64,000 nucleotides of DNA, taken from positions 214,436 to 278,435 of the forward strand of contig CAVWCO010000022.1 of NCBI GenBank assembly GCA_963753495.1, given 5' to 3'. Source of the DNA: an uncultured Bacteroidales bacterium (GTDB taxonomy: Bacteria > Bacteroidota > Bacteroidia > Bacteroidales > VadinHA17). The translations under genes and the position numbers were made by a program. Positions 18,867 through 28,843 of this stretch are shown here, one piece after another; the stretch's first letter is position 1; each line of letters begins with the position of its first letter. A model generated the notes under the pieces. It was not told the DNA's origin and made no database searches. It saw nothing but the letters and a program-made list of their open reading frames with translations.

Positions 18867-21800
18867 TTAAACCTGCAGTATATCTCTTCCGAATTTTCTC
18901 CATAAGGGGAGCTTAAGGGATTCCAGAAAGACGAGAAAACGTTTCAGAATATTAAAATACAGGGTGACATACAGGCATACTGTCATAATCCATATAGCTA
19001 CCATATTGAACAGGAGGGTATCAATTTTTAAATTCCCAAGCTGTTTATAGGGAGCATAAAAGTGAGCACGGCCATATTTAGAACCGGGCTTCATGAATAT
19101 GGGATCAGCCTTCTGTATAAGCTTTTTGTCCGGCCTGTATATTTTGATCGGACTCAGGCTGTTCTTTACCATATTTGCCAGATTTTCATTGTAATTCTGA
19201 TCATATAGTTTCTGGAATTCGGCTTCTCCCATTTTGCTTTGGACCTGCGTAATTACAGAATCGTACCTGTCAGTAATGCTCCTGTTTTTATTCCGGATTA
19301 TACCTGAAAGACTGTCAATATATAATCTTGCCTGATTGGCAATATTATCATTGAATCTTTCATAATTCAGGTCAGCGAACCAGGCACCGGGCATAATACC
19401 GGCCTCTGCTGACATTTCTTTAATATGATAATTTAATTTTTTAAAGTTGTTTCTGGTAGCCAATTCATAATCAGGATTCTTCCCTGTTGCCCTGCATCTG
19501 TTTATTACAACTTTGAGTTCAGGAAGTAGAAATGCTGTGAACCAGTCGGTCTGGCTTTTTTCCATATCATATTTAAAAAACGGCTTCTCGTATTTATTGT
19601 TCTTGAACTGTTCGACAAGGAGTGCCTCGTAAGACCATCGTGTTACCATTGCATCGCCAATAATCGGAACATATATTTTCCTGCTGATCGATTTATGAAG
19701 GTCATCAAATTTTATCATTGCACCTCCCAGCAGCAGCATCGGGACGAGCAAAAGAGGTATAAGAATATAAATGCTTACTGCTGTTCTCATCCCTGCTGAA
19801 ATATTCAATCCCAGCATATTGCCAAAACAGGCTGTTGAGAAAAGGATAAGCCATTGCTGAAAAATCATCCCCTTCACTTCAAGAAGTGAGTTTGCTACAA
19901 GCACAAATGATAAAGACTGGATTGCAGAAATAAAAAACAGGAAAAGGATCTTTGACGAAAGGTAGCTCGATCTGCTGATATTCAAAAATTTTTCCCGCTC
20001 AAGGATTTTCCTGTCCCGGTATATTTCTTCAGCACTTACTGTCAGCCCCACAAACAAAGCTACAATAATCGACATGAAAAGAAAGACCGGGTAATTCTTG
20101 TTAGCACCAAATAAATAAATACCTTCTTCACTATATTTTGAAAGGAAGGCAAGTATTAATGCCAGAAGAGGTACTTCAAGCAGATTGATAGTCATATATT
20201 GACGGTCAGCCAGTTTGCGTGTTATATTACGCTGATTGAAAGTCTTTAGCTGCGACGATTTCCTGGGAAGTCTGAAATTGCTTTTTGGAAGAGGTGTTTT
20301 GGGAGATTCCTCTTCAAGTACCGGCATCATTTTCCTTTTGTACTTTTCGTACCAGTCATCGGGACTTACCTGTCTTTCCTTCCCTGCAAAACCAGCATTA
20401 TCAATAACTTTTACTTCTACAATATGCAGAATATTATCAGTTTCGATATTTCCGCAATTCGGGCATTCGCTTTCAGCAGCATTTGCCTGTGAGGTTTCAG
20501 TCTTGAAATATACCAGGGCTTCCACAGGATCGCCATCATAGATCATATACCCTCCTTTGTCGAGGATCCATAATCTGTCGAACATTTTTAAAATATCCGA
20601 CGAAGGCTGATGTATTATAGTGAATACTAGCTTCCCGGACAGTGCCTGGTTCTTCAGAAGATTCATGACCTTTTCAGAATCAAAGGAGGACAATCCCGAA
20701 GTTGGTTCATCGACAAACAAAACTCCCGGTTCCCTCATCAGTTCCAAACCTATGTTCAACCGCTTGCGTTGCCCGCCGCTTACCTTCTTATTCATGGGAT
20801 CACCTACCTGCAGATCCCTGATCTCAAAAAGGTCAAGGTCCTGGAGGACCTTATCAACAGTTTTTTGCAGTTGTTCCTCATTATAATCGCCGAAACAGAG
20901 GCGCGCATTGAAATAAAGGTTTTGATATACTGTCAGTTCCTCAATAAGCATATCATCCTGTGGGACAAATCCGATCAGACCTGTCAGTTCTTCGGCGTCA
21001 TCATAAATATCATATCCGTTTATTAATATATTACCAGAGGTCGGCTTTATTTTCCCATGCAGAAGATTCAGCATTGTGGTCTTACCAACCCCGCTGCCAC
21101 CCATCAGTCCAATAAGATTCCCTGACTCAATTCTGAAATTCATCTTTCTGAGACCGTTATCAGAATTTTTAAAGAGGAATTCAATATCACGACCTTCAAA
21201 GATTATGGTTTCCGGGAATTTCCTCGACACGAATTTCTTGTAAATCTTCGAATAGTAGATCGGATCTATTCCCTGTCCTTTGATATTTACCCCCCGGTCG
21301 AGCAGGTAAGAACGGCAGGCAATAATATCACGTCCCTTAAAATAGAGTGCCAGAGTCCCGTCATAGGTAAGAATAAGGGAACCAGTACTTTCTATATGCA
21401 GAATAAACAGGTGCCCTTTAAATCCTTTCAACCTCATATGCCGCCAGCTTTCATAATTCTTGTAATTAGAAGTTGCCCAAAATTTTGGATTATCACTTTC
21501 AATTACAAGCATACAATCGGGAGTAACTTCATCATACGACCTGCCAATCATAAAGGCACATGCATTATCGTACTCTTTCTTCGAGATATTAAAAGTCCTG
21601 GAAACAATGTCGATAATCGTTTTCTCCTGTTCTGAAACAAGACCGTCTTCAAATGCAAATTCAAGCAATTGAAGAAACACGACCATCCTCTCTTCAAGGA
21701 ATAATCCTTTCTTTATCTGACGGCAGATATTGGTGATCTGAAAGGTTATAAGTGAATCCTCGTCAGATAGTTCCGCCTTGTCTACACTTTTAAGTTCATT

Positions 21801-22007
21801 TGAATAGAACTCAAGATTATTTTCAAAAAGGGCATAATACTCCTCTTCCAGTTCCCGATTCAGATACCTTCGGAGGTAGCTGCGGAGTATTTTCTTTCCC
21901 CTGGATGATATCCCGACTGGATTTACAGTGGAGACAATTGCAAAAATATGTATCAGAGCCAGTAGTACGGATTCCCTCATAAAAAAAATAATTAAAAAAA
22001 ACCGCAA
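18867..22007 (-). CDS. ABCG-like half-transporter (ATPase fused to an ABC-2 membrane domain) with a non-ABC N-terminal region of about 300 aa and a large loop before the last TM segment
   Basis: 1046 aa. Walker A GGSGVGKTT, signature VSGGQRKRL, Walker B VLFVDEPTSGLS, and the ABCG-type IHQPSS motif. A CPNCGN motif follows the nucleotide-binding domain. Then come the TM segments, a soluble insert of about 230 aa and a final TM segment. The start could instead be the internal Met at 21980. Confidence 0.75.
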   Translation of the reverse strand: MRFFLIIFFMRESVLLALIHIFAIVSTVNPVGISSRGKKILRSYLRRYLNRELEEEYYALFENNLEFYSNELKSVDKAELSDEDSLITFQITNICRQIKKGLFLEERMVVFLQLLEFAFEDGLVSEQEKTIIDIVSRTFNISKKEYDNACAFMIGRSYDEVTPDCMLVIESDNPKFWATSNYKNYESWRHMRLKGFKGHLFILHIESTGSLILTYDGTLALYFKGRDIIACRSYLLDRGVNIKGQGIDPIYYSKIYKKFVSRKFPETIIFEGRDIEFLFKNSDNGLRKMNFRIESGNLIGLMGGSGVGKTTMLNLLHGKIKPTSGNILINGYDIYDDAEELTGLIGFVPQDDMLIEELTVYQNLYFNARLCFGDYNEEQLQKTVDKVLQDLDLFEIRDLQVGDPMNKKVSGGQRKRLNIGLELMREPGVLFVDEPTSGLSSFDSEKVMNLLKNQALSGKLVFTIIHQPSSDILKMFDRLWILDKGGYMIYDGDPVEALVYFKTETSQANAAESECPNCGNIETDNILHIVEVKVIDNAGFAGKERQVSPDDWYEKYKRKMMPVLEEESPKTPLPKSNFRLPRKSSQLKTFNQRNITRKLADRQYMTINLLEVPLLALILAFLSKYSEEGIYLFGANKNYPVFLFMSIIVALFVGLTVSAEEIYRDRKILEREKFLNISRSSYLSSKILFLFFISAIQSLSFVLVANSLLEVKGMIFQQWLILFSTACFGNMLGLNISAGMRTAVSIYILIPLLLVPMLLLGGAMIKFDDLHKSISRKIYVPIIGDAMVTRWSYEALLVEQFKNNKYEKPFFKYDMEKSQTDWFTAFLLPELKVVINRCRATGKNPDYELATRNNFKKLNYHIKEMSAEAGIMPGAWFADLNYERFNDNIANQARLYIDSLSGIIRNKNRSITDRYDSVITQVQSKMGEAEFQKLYDQNYNENLANMVKNSLSPIKIYRPDKKLIQKADPIFMKPGSKYGRAHFYAPYKQLGNLKIDTLLFNMVAIWIMTVCLYVTLYFNILKRFLVFLESLKLPLWRKFGRDILQV

Positions 22008-22046
22008 GATAGATTTCTTTGCGGTCAGAAAGTTATTAAAAAGTTA

Positions 22047-22868
22047 TCACATTATCTGGCTTCTTACTGTTGTAATTGCTTTTGTTATTTCAACGATATT
22101 CTGCTGGGTAAGACTCGTTGTAAGACCTTCGTAGGCTTTTATTATTGGTTCAAGCTTGCCTATGAACTCCTTGATATTCGGATCTTCCAGAAAAGGCTTG
22201 GTAATTTCCAGATATAAATCAAATGATTCTTTCTGTTCAATGAGAACCTTAGAGAATTCCACATTCTGATAGGCAGCCTCCGATACGTGAGTGGTAAGGT
22301 ACATTCCCTCCACCCATGCGCCACCAACAACAAGCAGGGCAAGGGGCTGCTGCTCATTTTCACTCAGGTAAGCATAGGTATTTTCAAAAGCCTCTGTAAG
22401 TATTTTAACCAGTTCATCCTTATTATCAAAATTCAGCTTGATCCTGTCATATAATGCGACATCATAAATTTTTGACATGCTCAGATCATTAGCCAGCGAC
22501 TGTATCACATCAAGATAGTTAATTATCTCCTGCTGAATATTATATAATGTTGCATAACTCAGATCAGCACCGTAACCTCCCAGGTTTAATGCCTTACTGG
22601 CACTTGTAAAATATTTCTTGGCATTTTCAATAGGATTGGAAATACCAAGAATATAGCCAACTTCAAATTCTTGAAGCTTTTTAATTACCTCAGCGGAGGT
22701 GGGTAACGGGTAGACATTCTTTTCTATCTCCGTTTCGAGCGAATCAACCTGATCCAGTTCAACTTCCTTCTGCCTTTTATTTTCCGATTTGCATGATTTG
22801 CATGAACTAAGCCCTGAAACACATAAGATAAGCAATGGGAGAATGACAACAGCAATAGCCTTTTTCAT
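22047..22868 (-). CDS. Hypothetical lipoprotein, predicted all-helical
   Basis: 273 aa. Signal peptide with lipobox (GLSSC). I recognise no motif. It lies 39 nt upstream of the ABCG-like gene on the same strand. Confidence 0.6.
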   Translation of the reverse strand: MKKAIAVVILPLLILCVSGLSSCKSCKSENKRQKEVELDQVDSLETEIEKNVYPLPTSAEVIKKLQEFEVGYILGISNPIENAKKYFTSASKALNLGGYGADLSYATLYNIQQEIINYLDVIQSLANDLSMSKIYDVALYDRIKLNFDNKDELVKILTEAFENTYAYLSENEQQPLALLVVGGAWVEGMYLTTHVSEAAYQNVEFSKVLIEQKESFDLYLEITKPFLEDPNIKEFIGKLEPIIKAYEGLTTSLTQQNIVEITKAITTVRSQIM

Positions 22869-23063
22869 ATTAGTCAGTTTAAAATTAAAATCTCACCTAA
22901 AAACGCCTATAAAAATAGTAAATATTATTAAAATAGCCCTTCCGCCGCAAGCAATTTTACAAATTCGTTTGTTATTATCTGTTTTGATCATAATTCTTAA
23001 ACATATTTGAACAGCAATTGTTTTGAAGAAGTCAGCAATCTCCCATCCTGCCCCTTTTTTTTC

Positions 23064-23071
23064 TATCTTTG
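23064..23071 (+). promoter_or_regulatory. Candidate -7 box (TAnnTTTG) for the aminotransferase gene
   Basis: tatctttg overlaps the ORF-track TTG start at 23069. This argues that the real start is ATG 23096. Confidence 0.35.
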
Positions 23072-23095
23072 AACCCCTGTGTAAAAGCATTTTTG

Positions 23096-24271
23096 ATGAA
23101 ATGGAACTTTGATGAAGCGGTTTCCAGAGAAGGCACTAACTGTGTAAAGTACGATCTCAGAAAAGAGACATTCGGTTCGGATGAACTTATTCCCATGTGG
23201 GTTGCAGATATGGATTTCAAGACTCCTGATTTCATAATCAGTGCTCTTCGAAAGCGTCTGGAACATGAGATATTGGGTTATTCATTCAGGCCGTCAGAAT
23301 ATTATGCTTCTATATCATCCTGGCTTCTTAAAAGGCATAACTGGGAAGTTCCGCATGAGTGGATCAGCTTCTGTCCCGGAATTGTTCCTGCCTTAAATTT
23401 ATGCACGCTGGCATTTACACGCCCCGGCGAATCAATAATTGTACAGCCTCCTGTATATTTTCCATTCTTTTCAGCCGTCGAAAATCATGGACGCAATCTT
23501 ATTTATAACCAGCTGAAGGAGGCAGGTGACCGATGGGAGATGGATTTTGAATCTCTTGTAAAATCACTGACTCCTGCGACCAAAATGATAATCATCTCCA
23601 ATCCTCACAATCCGGTCGGAAGGGCCTGGTCGTCCGATGAGCTGGTTCAACTGGCTGATATCTGTTTAAAATACAACATATTACTGCTTTCCGATGAAAT
23701 ACACTCTGATCTGATTCTTCCTGGTTATCACCATACTCCGGTGGCAGAGCTTTCGGACAAAATTGCAGAAATCACCGTTACATGTATTGCCCCAAGCAAA
23801 ACATTCAATCTTGCAGGTCTTTCAACATCTTCGGTGATCATTTCCAATCCTGTTTTACGAAAATACTTTAACTCAAAAACTGACCACCTTCATATCGGGA
23901 ACGGTAATATTTTTGGAACAGTTGCTTCAATAGCAGCATATTCGGAAGGATCTGAATGGATTAGCGAACTGATGGTTTATATCAATCAGAATGCGGATTA
24001 TGTAATTGATTATTGCAGGAAAATGATACCTGAAATTCTACCGGTAAGGCCCGAGGCCACCTATATGATATGGCTCGATTGCAGAAAGCTTGGAATGACT
24101 GGAAAAGAACTCCAGGAATTCTTCGTGGGGAAAGCAAGAGTCGGGATGAATGAAGGATCCTGCTTTGGTCCGGGTGGTGAGGGTTTTATGAGGATGAACA
24201 TCGGAACAACGAACAGTAACGTAAGAAAAGCGATGGAACAGATCGAAAAAGCTGTTGCATCGGTTCGATAA
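23096..24271 (+). CDS. MalY/PatB-type PLP-dependent C-S lyase (class I/II aminotransferase fold)
   Basis: The ORF-track frame is 23069..24271. I place the start at MKWNFDEAVSREGTNCVKYD, a typical PatB N-terminus. The PLP region is IAPSKTFNLAGL. Confidence 0.8.
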   Translation: MKWNFDEAVSREGTNCVKYDLRKETFGSDELIPMWVADMDFKTPDFIISALRKRLEHEILGYSFRPSEYYASISSWLLKRHNWEVPHEWISFCPGIVPALNLCTLAFTRPGESIIVQPPVYFPFFSAVENHGRNLIYNQLKEAGDRWEMDFESLVKSLTPATKMIIISNPHNPVGRAWSSDELVQLADICLKYNILLLSDEIHSDLILPGYHHTPVAELSDKIAEITVTCIAPSKTFNLAGLSTSSVIISNPVLRKYFNSKTDHLHIGNGNIFGTVASIAAYSEGSEWISELMVYINQNADYVIDYCRKMIPEILPVRPEATYMIWLDCRKLGMTGKELQEFFVGKARVGMNEGSCFGPGGEGFMRMNIGTTNSNVRKAMEQIEKAVASVR

Positions 24272-24292
24272 CAGGTTATAATCAATGACTGA

Positions 24293-25375
24293 ATGAATAA
24301 CATAGCAAAAGTAAAACTGACCCTTGAGGACGGATCAGTCTATTACGGCAGGTCGTTCGGTGCTCTGACAGCTGCCGCCGGTGAAGTTGTTTTCAACACA
24401 GCAATGACAGGGTATCCCGAAAGTCTGACTGATCCATCCTATAAGGGTCAGATACTTTGCCTTACTTATCCGCTTGTCGGTAATTATGGTGCCCCGGGGA
24501 AGACAGAAGAAAATGACCTTTACAGTTTTTATGAATCTTCATCAATTCATATATCGGGTTTGATAGTTTCAGATTATTCGTTTGAATACAGCCATTGGAA
24601 TGCCAGTGAAAGTCTTGATGAATGGCTTAAACGTAACTCGGTGCCCGGAATTTTTGGAATCGATACACGAGCCCTGACAAAAAGGATAAGGGAGAAAGGT
24701 GCGATGCTGGGCAAAATTGAGCCGGAAGGTGATGAAACAGATTTTTATGATCCGAACAGGATCAATCTGGTTGCTGAAGTAAGTACACGTGATATAAAGA
24801 GATATGGATCGGGAAAATACAGCATCATGCTTGTGGATTGCGGAGTCAAATACAACATTATAAGGAACCTGCTTAAACGTGATACAACTATTATCAGGGT
24901 CCCCTGGGATTACGATTATCACAAGGAGAAATTTGACGGATTGTTCCTTACAAATGGTCCGGGCGATCCAAAGATGTGCAGTATAACAATTGACAACATA
25001 AGGAGATCATATAACGGAAACAAGCCAATTTTCGGGATATGTCTTGGCAATCAGCTCATGGCTCTTGCGTCAGGTGCAGATACATACAAGCTTAAATACG
25101 GACACAGGAGTCATAACCAGCCCGTATTACAGGTGGGAACTGACAGAGCCTATATTACGTCACAGAATCATGGATATGCTGTCGATAATAATACTCTCGG
25201 GAAAGAGTGGGAACCTTTTTTCATCAATATCAATGATAACACCAATGAAGGGATGAGACATAAAACAAAACCATTCTTTTCAACCCAGTTCCATCCGGAA
25301 GCCTCCGGCGGACCCACCGATACTGATTACCTGTTTGATGAATTCATTGACAATATCCGGAGGACGATTCAATAA
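24293..25375 (+). CDS. carA: Carbamoyl-phosphate synthase small (glutaminase) subunit
   Basis: 360 aa. GICLGNQL catalytic Cys motif and HGYAV / FSTQFHPE. Confidence 0.95.
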   Translation: MNNIAKVKLTLEDGSVYYGRSFGALTAAAGEVVFNTAMTGYPESLTDPSYKGQILCLTYPLVGNYGAPGKTEENDLYSFYESSSIHISGLIVSDYSFEYSHWNASESLDEWLKRNSVPGIFGIDTRALTKRIREKGAMLGKIEPEGDETDFYDPNRINLVAEVSTRDIKRYGSGKYSIMLVDCGVKYNIIRNLLKRDTTIIRVPWDYDYHKEKFDGLFLTNGPGDPKMCSITIDNIRRSYNGNKPIFGICLGNQLMALASGADTYKLKYGHRSHNQPVLQVGTDRAYITSQNHGYAVDNNTLGKEWEPFFININDNTNEGMRHKTKPFFSTQFHPEASGGPTDTDYLFDEFIDNIRRTIQ

Positions 25376-25440
25376 GGACATGCCATGGCAATAGGGACAT
25401 GCCATGGGCAATAGGGACATGCCATGGCATGTCCCTATTG
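25370..25440. repeat. Three direct 19-20-bp repeats ending in a perfect 32-bp palindrome (probable bidirectional terminator)
   Basis: R1 caataaggacatgccatgg (25370..25388, contains the carA TAA). R2 caatagggacatgccatggg (25389..25408). R3 caatagggacatgccatgg (25409..25427). The palindrome caatagggacatgcca|tggcatgtccctattg spans 25409..25440 and contains the argH stop codon. Confidence 0.9.
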
Positions 25441-26772
25441 CATTTTCATCATTTTATCCACCAGGTCCCCGGATGATTTGCTGTTAAAACATTTCATCCT
25501 CTCTTCAAAGATTCCTTTTATTTCGTCATTGCACAAATTCCCTATACTGCCCTCATGTTTGTAATCTGAAATAGATGTCCTTGAAAAATCCCCCTTCCCG
25601 ATCATTTCCGAAACTCTTTTATAAGCATCCCTGAAGGGAACACCCTGCATTGCAAGACGATTGACTTCCTCCGTGCTGTAAATGCTGTTATATAAAGGAT
25701 CTGATGTTATCTCCTCTTTTATCCTGATATTATTCAGCATCAGAATCATAATATCAAGACACTCATTAAGATCTGAAAAAGCATTGAAGATCAATTGCTT
25801 CAGCAGCTGCAATTCCCTGTTGTATCCCGAAGGGAGACCTGATATAAGTGCTGCAATCTGGCCTGGCAGGGTCTGAATCAGATTTGTCCTGCCTCTGATA
25901 AGTTCAAATACATCAGGATTTCTTTTCTGGGGCATAATGCTTGACCCGGTTAAATACTCATCGGGAAAATCAATAAACCTGAATTCTGCCGTCATGAAGA
26001 GGCAAATGTCAGCTGAAAAACGGGAAAGAGTCTGTGCAACCGAAGCAAGCGCTGAAGAGGTTGCAAACTCAGCTTTTCCCCGGTTAAGACTTGCATACGC
26101 TGAATTATATAAGAGATCCTCAAACTCCAGAAGTTCCGTGGTCAGTCTCCTGTTAAGGGGGAGGGTGGAGCCATAACCGGCTCCTGTCCCGAGCGGATTC
26201 CTGTTGTTTATGCCTCTTGCCGCCGAAAGCATAAGAATATCATCAGCAAGACATTCTGCATAAGAACCAAACCACAGGCCGAAGGAAGACAACATTGCCG
26301 GCTGCATATGAGTATAGCCCGGTATAAGTACTTCCCTGTTCTGCCCGCTTAAAGACTGAAGCCTGGAAAAGAGCCTGGCTGTATTTTTTGCCAGAAGGTC
26401 AATTTCACTTCTGCTGCAGAGCCTTAAATCAACCAGCACCTGATCGTTTCTTGACCTTCCTGTATGTATCTTCTTCCCTGTATCGCCCAGAGCGGCAACC
26501 AGTTCCTTTTCGATCTGCGAATGAATATCCTCTGTACCCTCTTCAATTGTAAAATCCCCCCCTTTCAATTTTTCAAAAAGGGAATAAAGCGTTTTCAATA
26601 ATTCTGCTTTCTCAGCATCATTGATTAATCCGGCTTCCCTGAGCATAATTGCATGAGCCATTGAACCTGCTATGTCCCATTCAGCCAGATAAAGATCTGT
26701 TATCCTGTCCTTCCCTGAAGTAAATTCTATTACGGAGGGTTCCGGATTTACATCTTTTTCCCAGAGTTTCAT
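25435..26772 (-). CDS. argH: Argininosuccinate lyase
   Basis: 445 aa. Fumarate-lyase signature GSSIMPQKRNPD. Confidence 0.95.
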   Translation of the reverse strand: MKLWEKDVNPEPSVIEFTSGKDRITDLYLAEWDIAGSMAHAIMLREAGLINDAEKAELLKTLYSLFEKLKGGDFTIEEGTEDIHSQIEKELVAALGDTGKKIHTGRSRNDQVLVDLRLCSRSEIDLLAKNTARLFSRLQSLSGQNREVLIPGYTHMQPAMLSSFGLWFGSYAECLADDILMLSAARGINNRNPLGTGAGYGSTLPLNRRLTTELLEFEDLLYNSAYASLNRGKAEFATSSALASVAQTLSRFSADICLFMTAEFRFIDFPDEYLTGSSIMPQKRNPDVFELIRGRTNLIQTLPGQIAALISGLPSGYNRELQLLKQLIFNAFSDLNECLDIMILMLNNIRIKEEITSDPLYNSIYSTEEVNRLAMQGVPFRDAYKRVSEMIGKGDFSRTSISDYKHEGSIGNLCNDEIKGIFEERMKCFNSKSSGDLVDKMMKMQ

Positions 26773-26810
26773 ATTAGTTTGTTGAATTCATAAATATTCT
26801 TAATTTATTG

Positions 26811-26912
26811 TATTCCTTTGTGTTACTTGGTGACAACCTTTGAGATCCTTTGTGGTTAAATTCTTTTTACCACAAAGTCACACGAAGGTTTACACGAAGG
26901 AATCACAAAGTC
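26811..26912. repeat. Inverted array of CTYYGTG / CACRRAG motifs (4 + 4 copies) forming a long imperfect hairpin between argG and argH
   Basis: Left arm: cctttgtg, acttggtg, cctttgag, cctttgtgg. Right arm: ccacaaag, cacacgaagg, tacacgaagg, tcacaaag. The perfect core stem is ctttgtggt (26848..26856) / accacaaag (26869..26877). Confidence 0.65.
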
Positions 26913-26978
26913 AATGAATTTTACAAGTTAGTTAAAAACAGGTTACAGATTAACCTTTCGAAATATCACTTTGAGATG

Positions 26979-28211
26979 CTAATTCTTCCTGCTGGCTTCT
27001 ACAATAGCTCTGTGAGCCATAAGCCTGATTGCATTGATCCTGATGAATCCCTTGCTATCGGTCTGGTCAAACCCGCCTTCAATATCCATGCTCGAAAGCT
27101 CCTTATTGTAAAGGGATGAAGGCGATTCCCTGCCTTCCACAAGAACATTGCCTTTATAAAGGCAAAGATGTACGCTGCCGTCAATAATTTCCTGGCTCTT
27201 TTCAATGGCTGCCATCAGAAAATCCATTTCGGGACTGAACCAGAATCCGTAATAAATAAGTTCGGAGAATTTAGGGGTCAGCATATTTCTTAATCTCATA
27301 ACCTCCCGGTCCATGGCTATTCCTTCAAGATCCATATGCGCTATATGCAGCACCGTTGCTGCCGGAGTCTCATAAATCCCTCTCGATTTTATCCCCACGA
27401 ACCTGTTTTCGACCATATCCAGCAGACCAATGCCATTTTTCCCTGCAAGTTCATTGAGATAGGTGAACATCTCGTAAGATTCTTCTTTTACCGTACCATC
27501 CTCCTTGTTTATCAGTTTCACAGGGATTCCGTTCTTAAAGTGAATCGCTATCCTGGTCTCCCTGTCAGGGGCATCCTGCGGCAAAACCATTTTCTCGAGC
27601 ATATTTTTCTGAACGGAGTACATTGGATCCTCAAGTATTCCTGCTTCGTGGCTGATATGCATCAGGTTGTCATCTTCGCTGTAGGGTTTATCAATGCTGG
27701 CCTTAACCGGAATGTTATTATCTGACGCATATTTTAACAGGTCTGTCCTGCCCTTGAATTTTTCGAGGAACTCCTTGTCTTTCCAGGGTGATATAACCTT
27801 TATATCAGGCTTCAGGGCATAATAGCAAAGTTCAAACCTTACCTGGTCATTACCCTTTCCGGTTGCACCGTGAGCAACAGCATTTGCATTTTCTTTAATA
27901 GCGGCCTCAATCTGTTTTTTTGCTATAAGAGGCCTGGCCAGCGCAGTTCCGAGCAGGTATCTGCCCTCATAGATTGCATTACCCATTATGGCCTTTAATA
28001 CATAATCATCGATAAACTCTTTTTTCAGATCGGAGATTATCACCTTCGAAGCCCCCAGCAACAGGGCTTTCTTCCGGCACTCCTCGAAGTCATCTTTCTG
28101 TCCGACATCTGCAACGAAAGCAATTACTTCATAATTCTTCTCAATTAGCCATTTTAGAATGACAGATGTGTCCAATCCGCCACTGTAAGCAAGAATAACT
28201 TTCTCTTTCAT
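26979..28211 (-). CDS. argG: Argininosuccinate synthase
   Basis: 410 aa. [11 protein letters not shown]-loop and [13 protein letters not shown]. Confidence 0.95.
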   Translation of the reverse strand: MKEKVILAYSGGLDTSVILKWLIEKNYEVIAFVADVGQKDDFEECRKKALLLGASKVIISDLKKEFIDDYVLKAIMGNAIYEGRYLLGTALARPLIAKKQIEAAIKENANAVAHGATGKGNDQVRFELCYYALKPDIKVISPWKDKEFLEKFKGRTDLLKYASDNNIPVKASIDKPYSEDDNLMHISHEAGILEDPMYSVQKNMLEKMVLPQDAPDRETRIAIHFKNGIPVKLINKEDGTVKEESYEMFTYLNELAGKNGIGLLDMVENRFVGIKSRGIYETPAATVLHIAHMDLEGIAMDREVMRLRNMLTPKFSELIYYGFWFSPEMDFLMAAIEKSQEIIDGSVHLCLYKGNVLVEGRESPSSLYNKELSSMDIEGGFDQTDSKGFIRINAIRLMAHRAIVEASRKN

Positions 28212-28225
28212 AATATTTATCCGTT

Positions 28226-28750
28226 TTACTTTAGTTTTTTCTGAATTCTTTTTTCTCTTTTTAATACATTTCCTGTTCCTTCAATATGCCTGTGCAACCC
28301 GGGCATCACCATTTCAAGGCAGGAATGCACCTGATTCAGGTTAATGCCGTCGCGAGGTATCACAAGTATTGTATCATCGCCGGCAATTGTTCCGGCTATC
28401 TCATATCTGCCTGCATTGTCGATATAATAAGCCGTGGAGCTGGCATTTCCGGGAATTGTCTTTATCACCATCAGCCCTTTTGCCTCTACTATTTCCCGGA
28501 TAACCGGGACTATGCTGATCCTGACGTTTGATTCCTGCGAGACTGTTTTCCTGTCGGGGAGTGCGTACCTGTATCCGCCTGTTCCGTCGGGTATCCGGCT
28601 GATGCCCAATTGCCTTAAATTACGGGATAATGTAGCCTGTGTACATATAATCCCTTTCCCTTTCAGTTTTTTAAGCAATGCTTCCTGCGAAAAGATCTTC
28701 TCCCCGTTTATGATCTTTTCAATCGCGAGAAGCCTTTTTGTCTTTTGCAT
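28226..28750 (-). CDS. argR: Arginine repressor
   Basis: 174 aa. N-terminal winged-helix region ([30 protein letters not shown]) and a C-terminal oligomerisation domain ([12 protein letters not shown]). Confidence 0.85.
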   Translation of the reverse strand: MQKTKRLLAIEKIINGEKIFSQEALLKKLKGKGIICTQATLSRNLRQLGISRIPDGTGGYRYALPDRKTVSQESNVRISIVPVIREIVEAKGLMVIKTIPGNASSTAYYIDNAGRYEIAGTIAGDDTILVIPRDGINLNQVHSCLEMVMPGLHRHIEGTGNVLKREKRIQKKLK

Positions 28751-28780
28751 ATTTATTCATTTTATGTGCAAATATATACA
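28746..28780. promoter_or_regulatory. Two candidate ARG boxes 21 bp apart in the argR / carB divergent region
   Basis: Box 1 (minus-strand reading TGAATAAATATGCA, 28759..28746) matches TGAATWWWWATTCA at 13/14 and overlaps the argR ATG. Box 2 (TGCAAATATATACA, 28767..28780) matches at 11/14. The consensus is the classical E. coli one and has not been verified for this phylum. Confidence 0.3.
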
Positions 28781-28818
28781 TTTTTTAATATATGAAGAGC
28801 AGATACAAAAATTTGTTA

Positions 28819-28826
28819 TATTTTTG
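28819..28826 (+). promoter_or_regulatory. Candidate -7 box (TAnnTTTG) for carB
   Basis: tatttttg lies 18 nt upstream of ATG 28844. Confidence 0.25.
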
Positions 28827-28843
28827 AAAACTAAAATCTGCCA

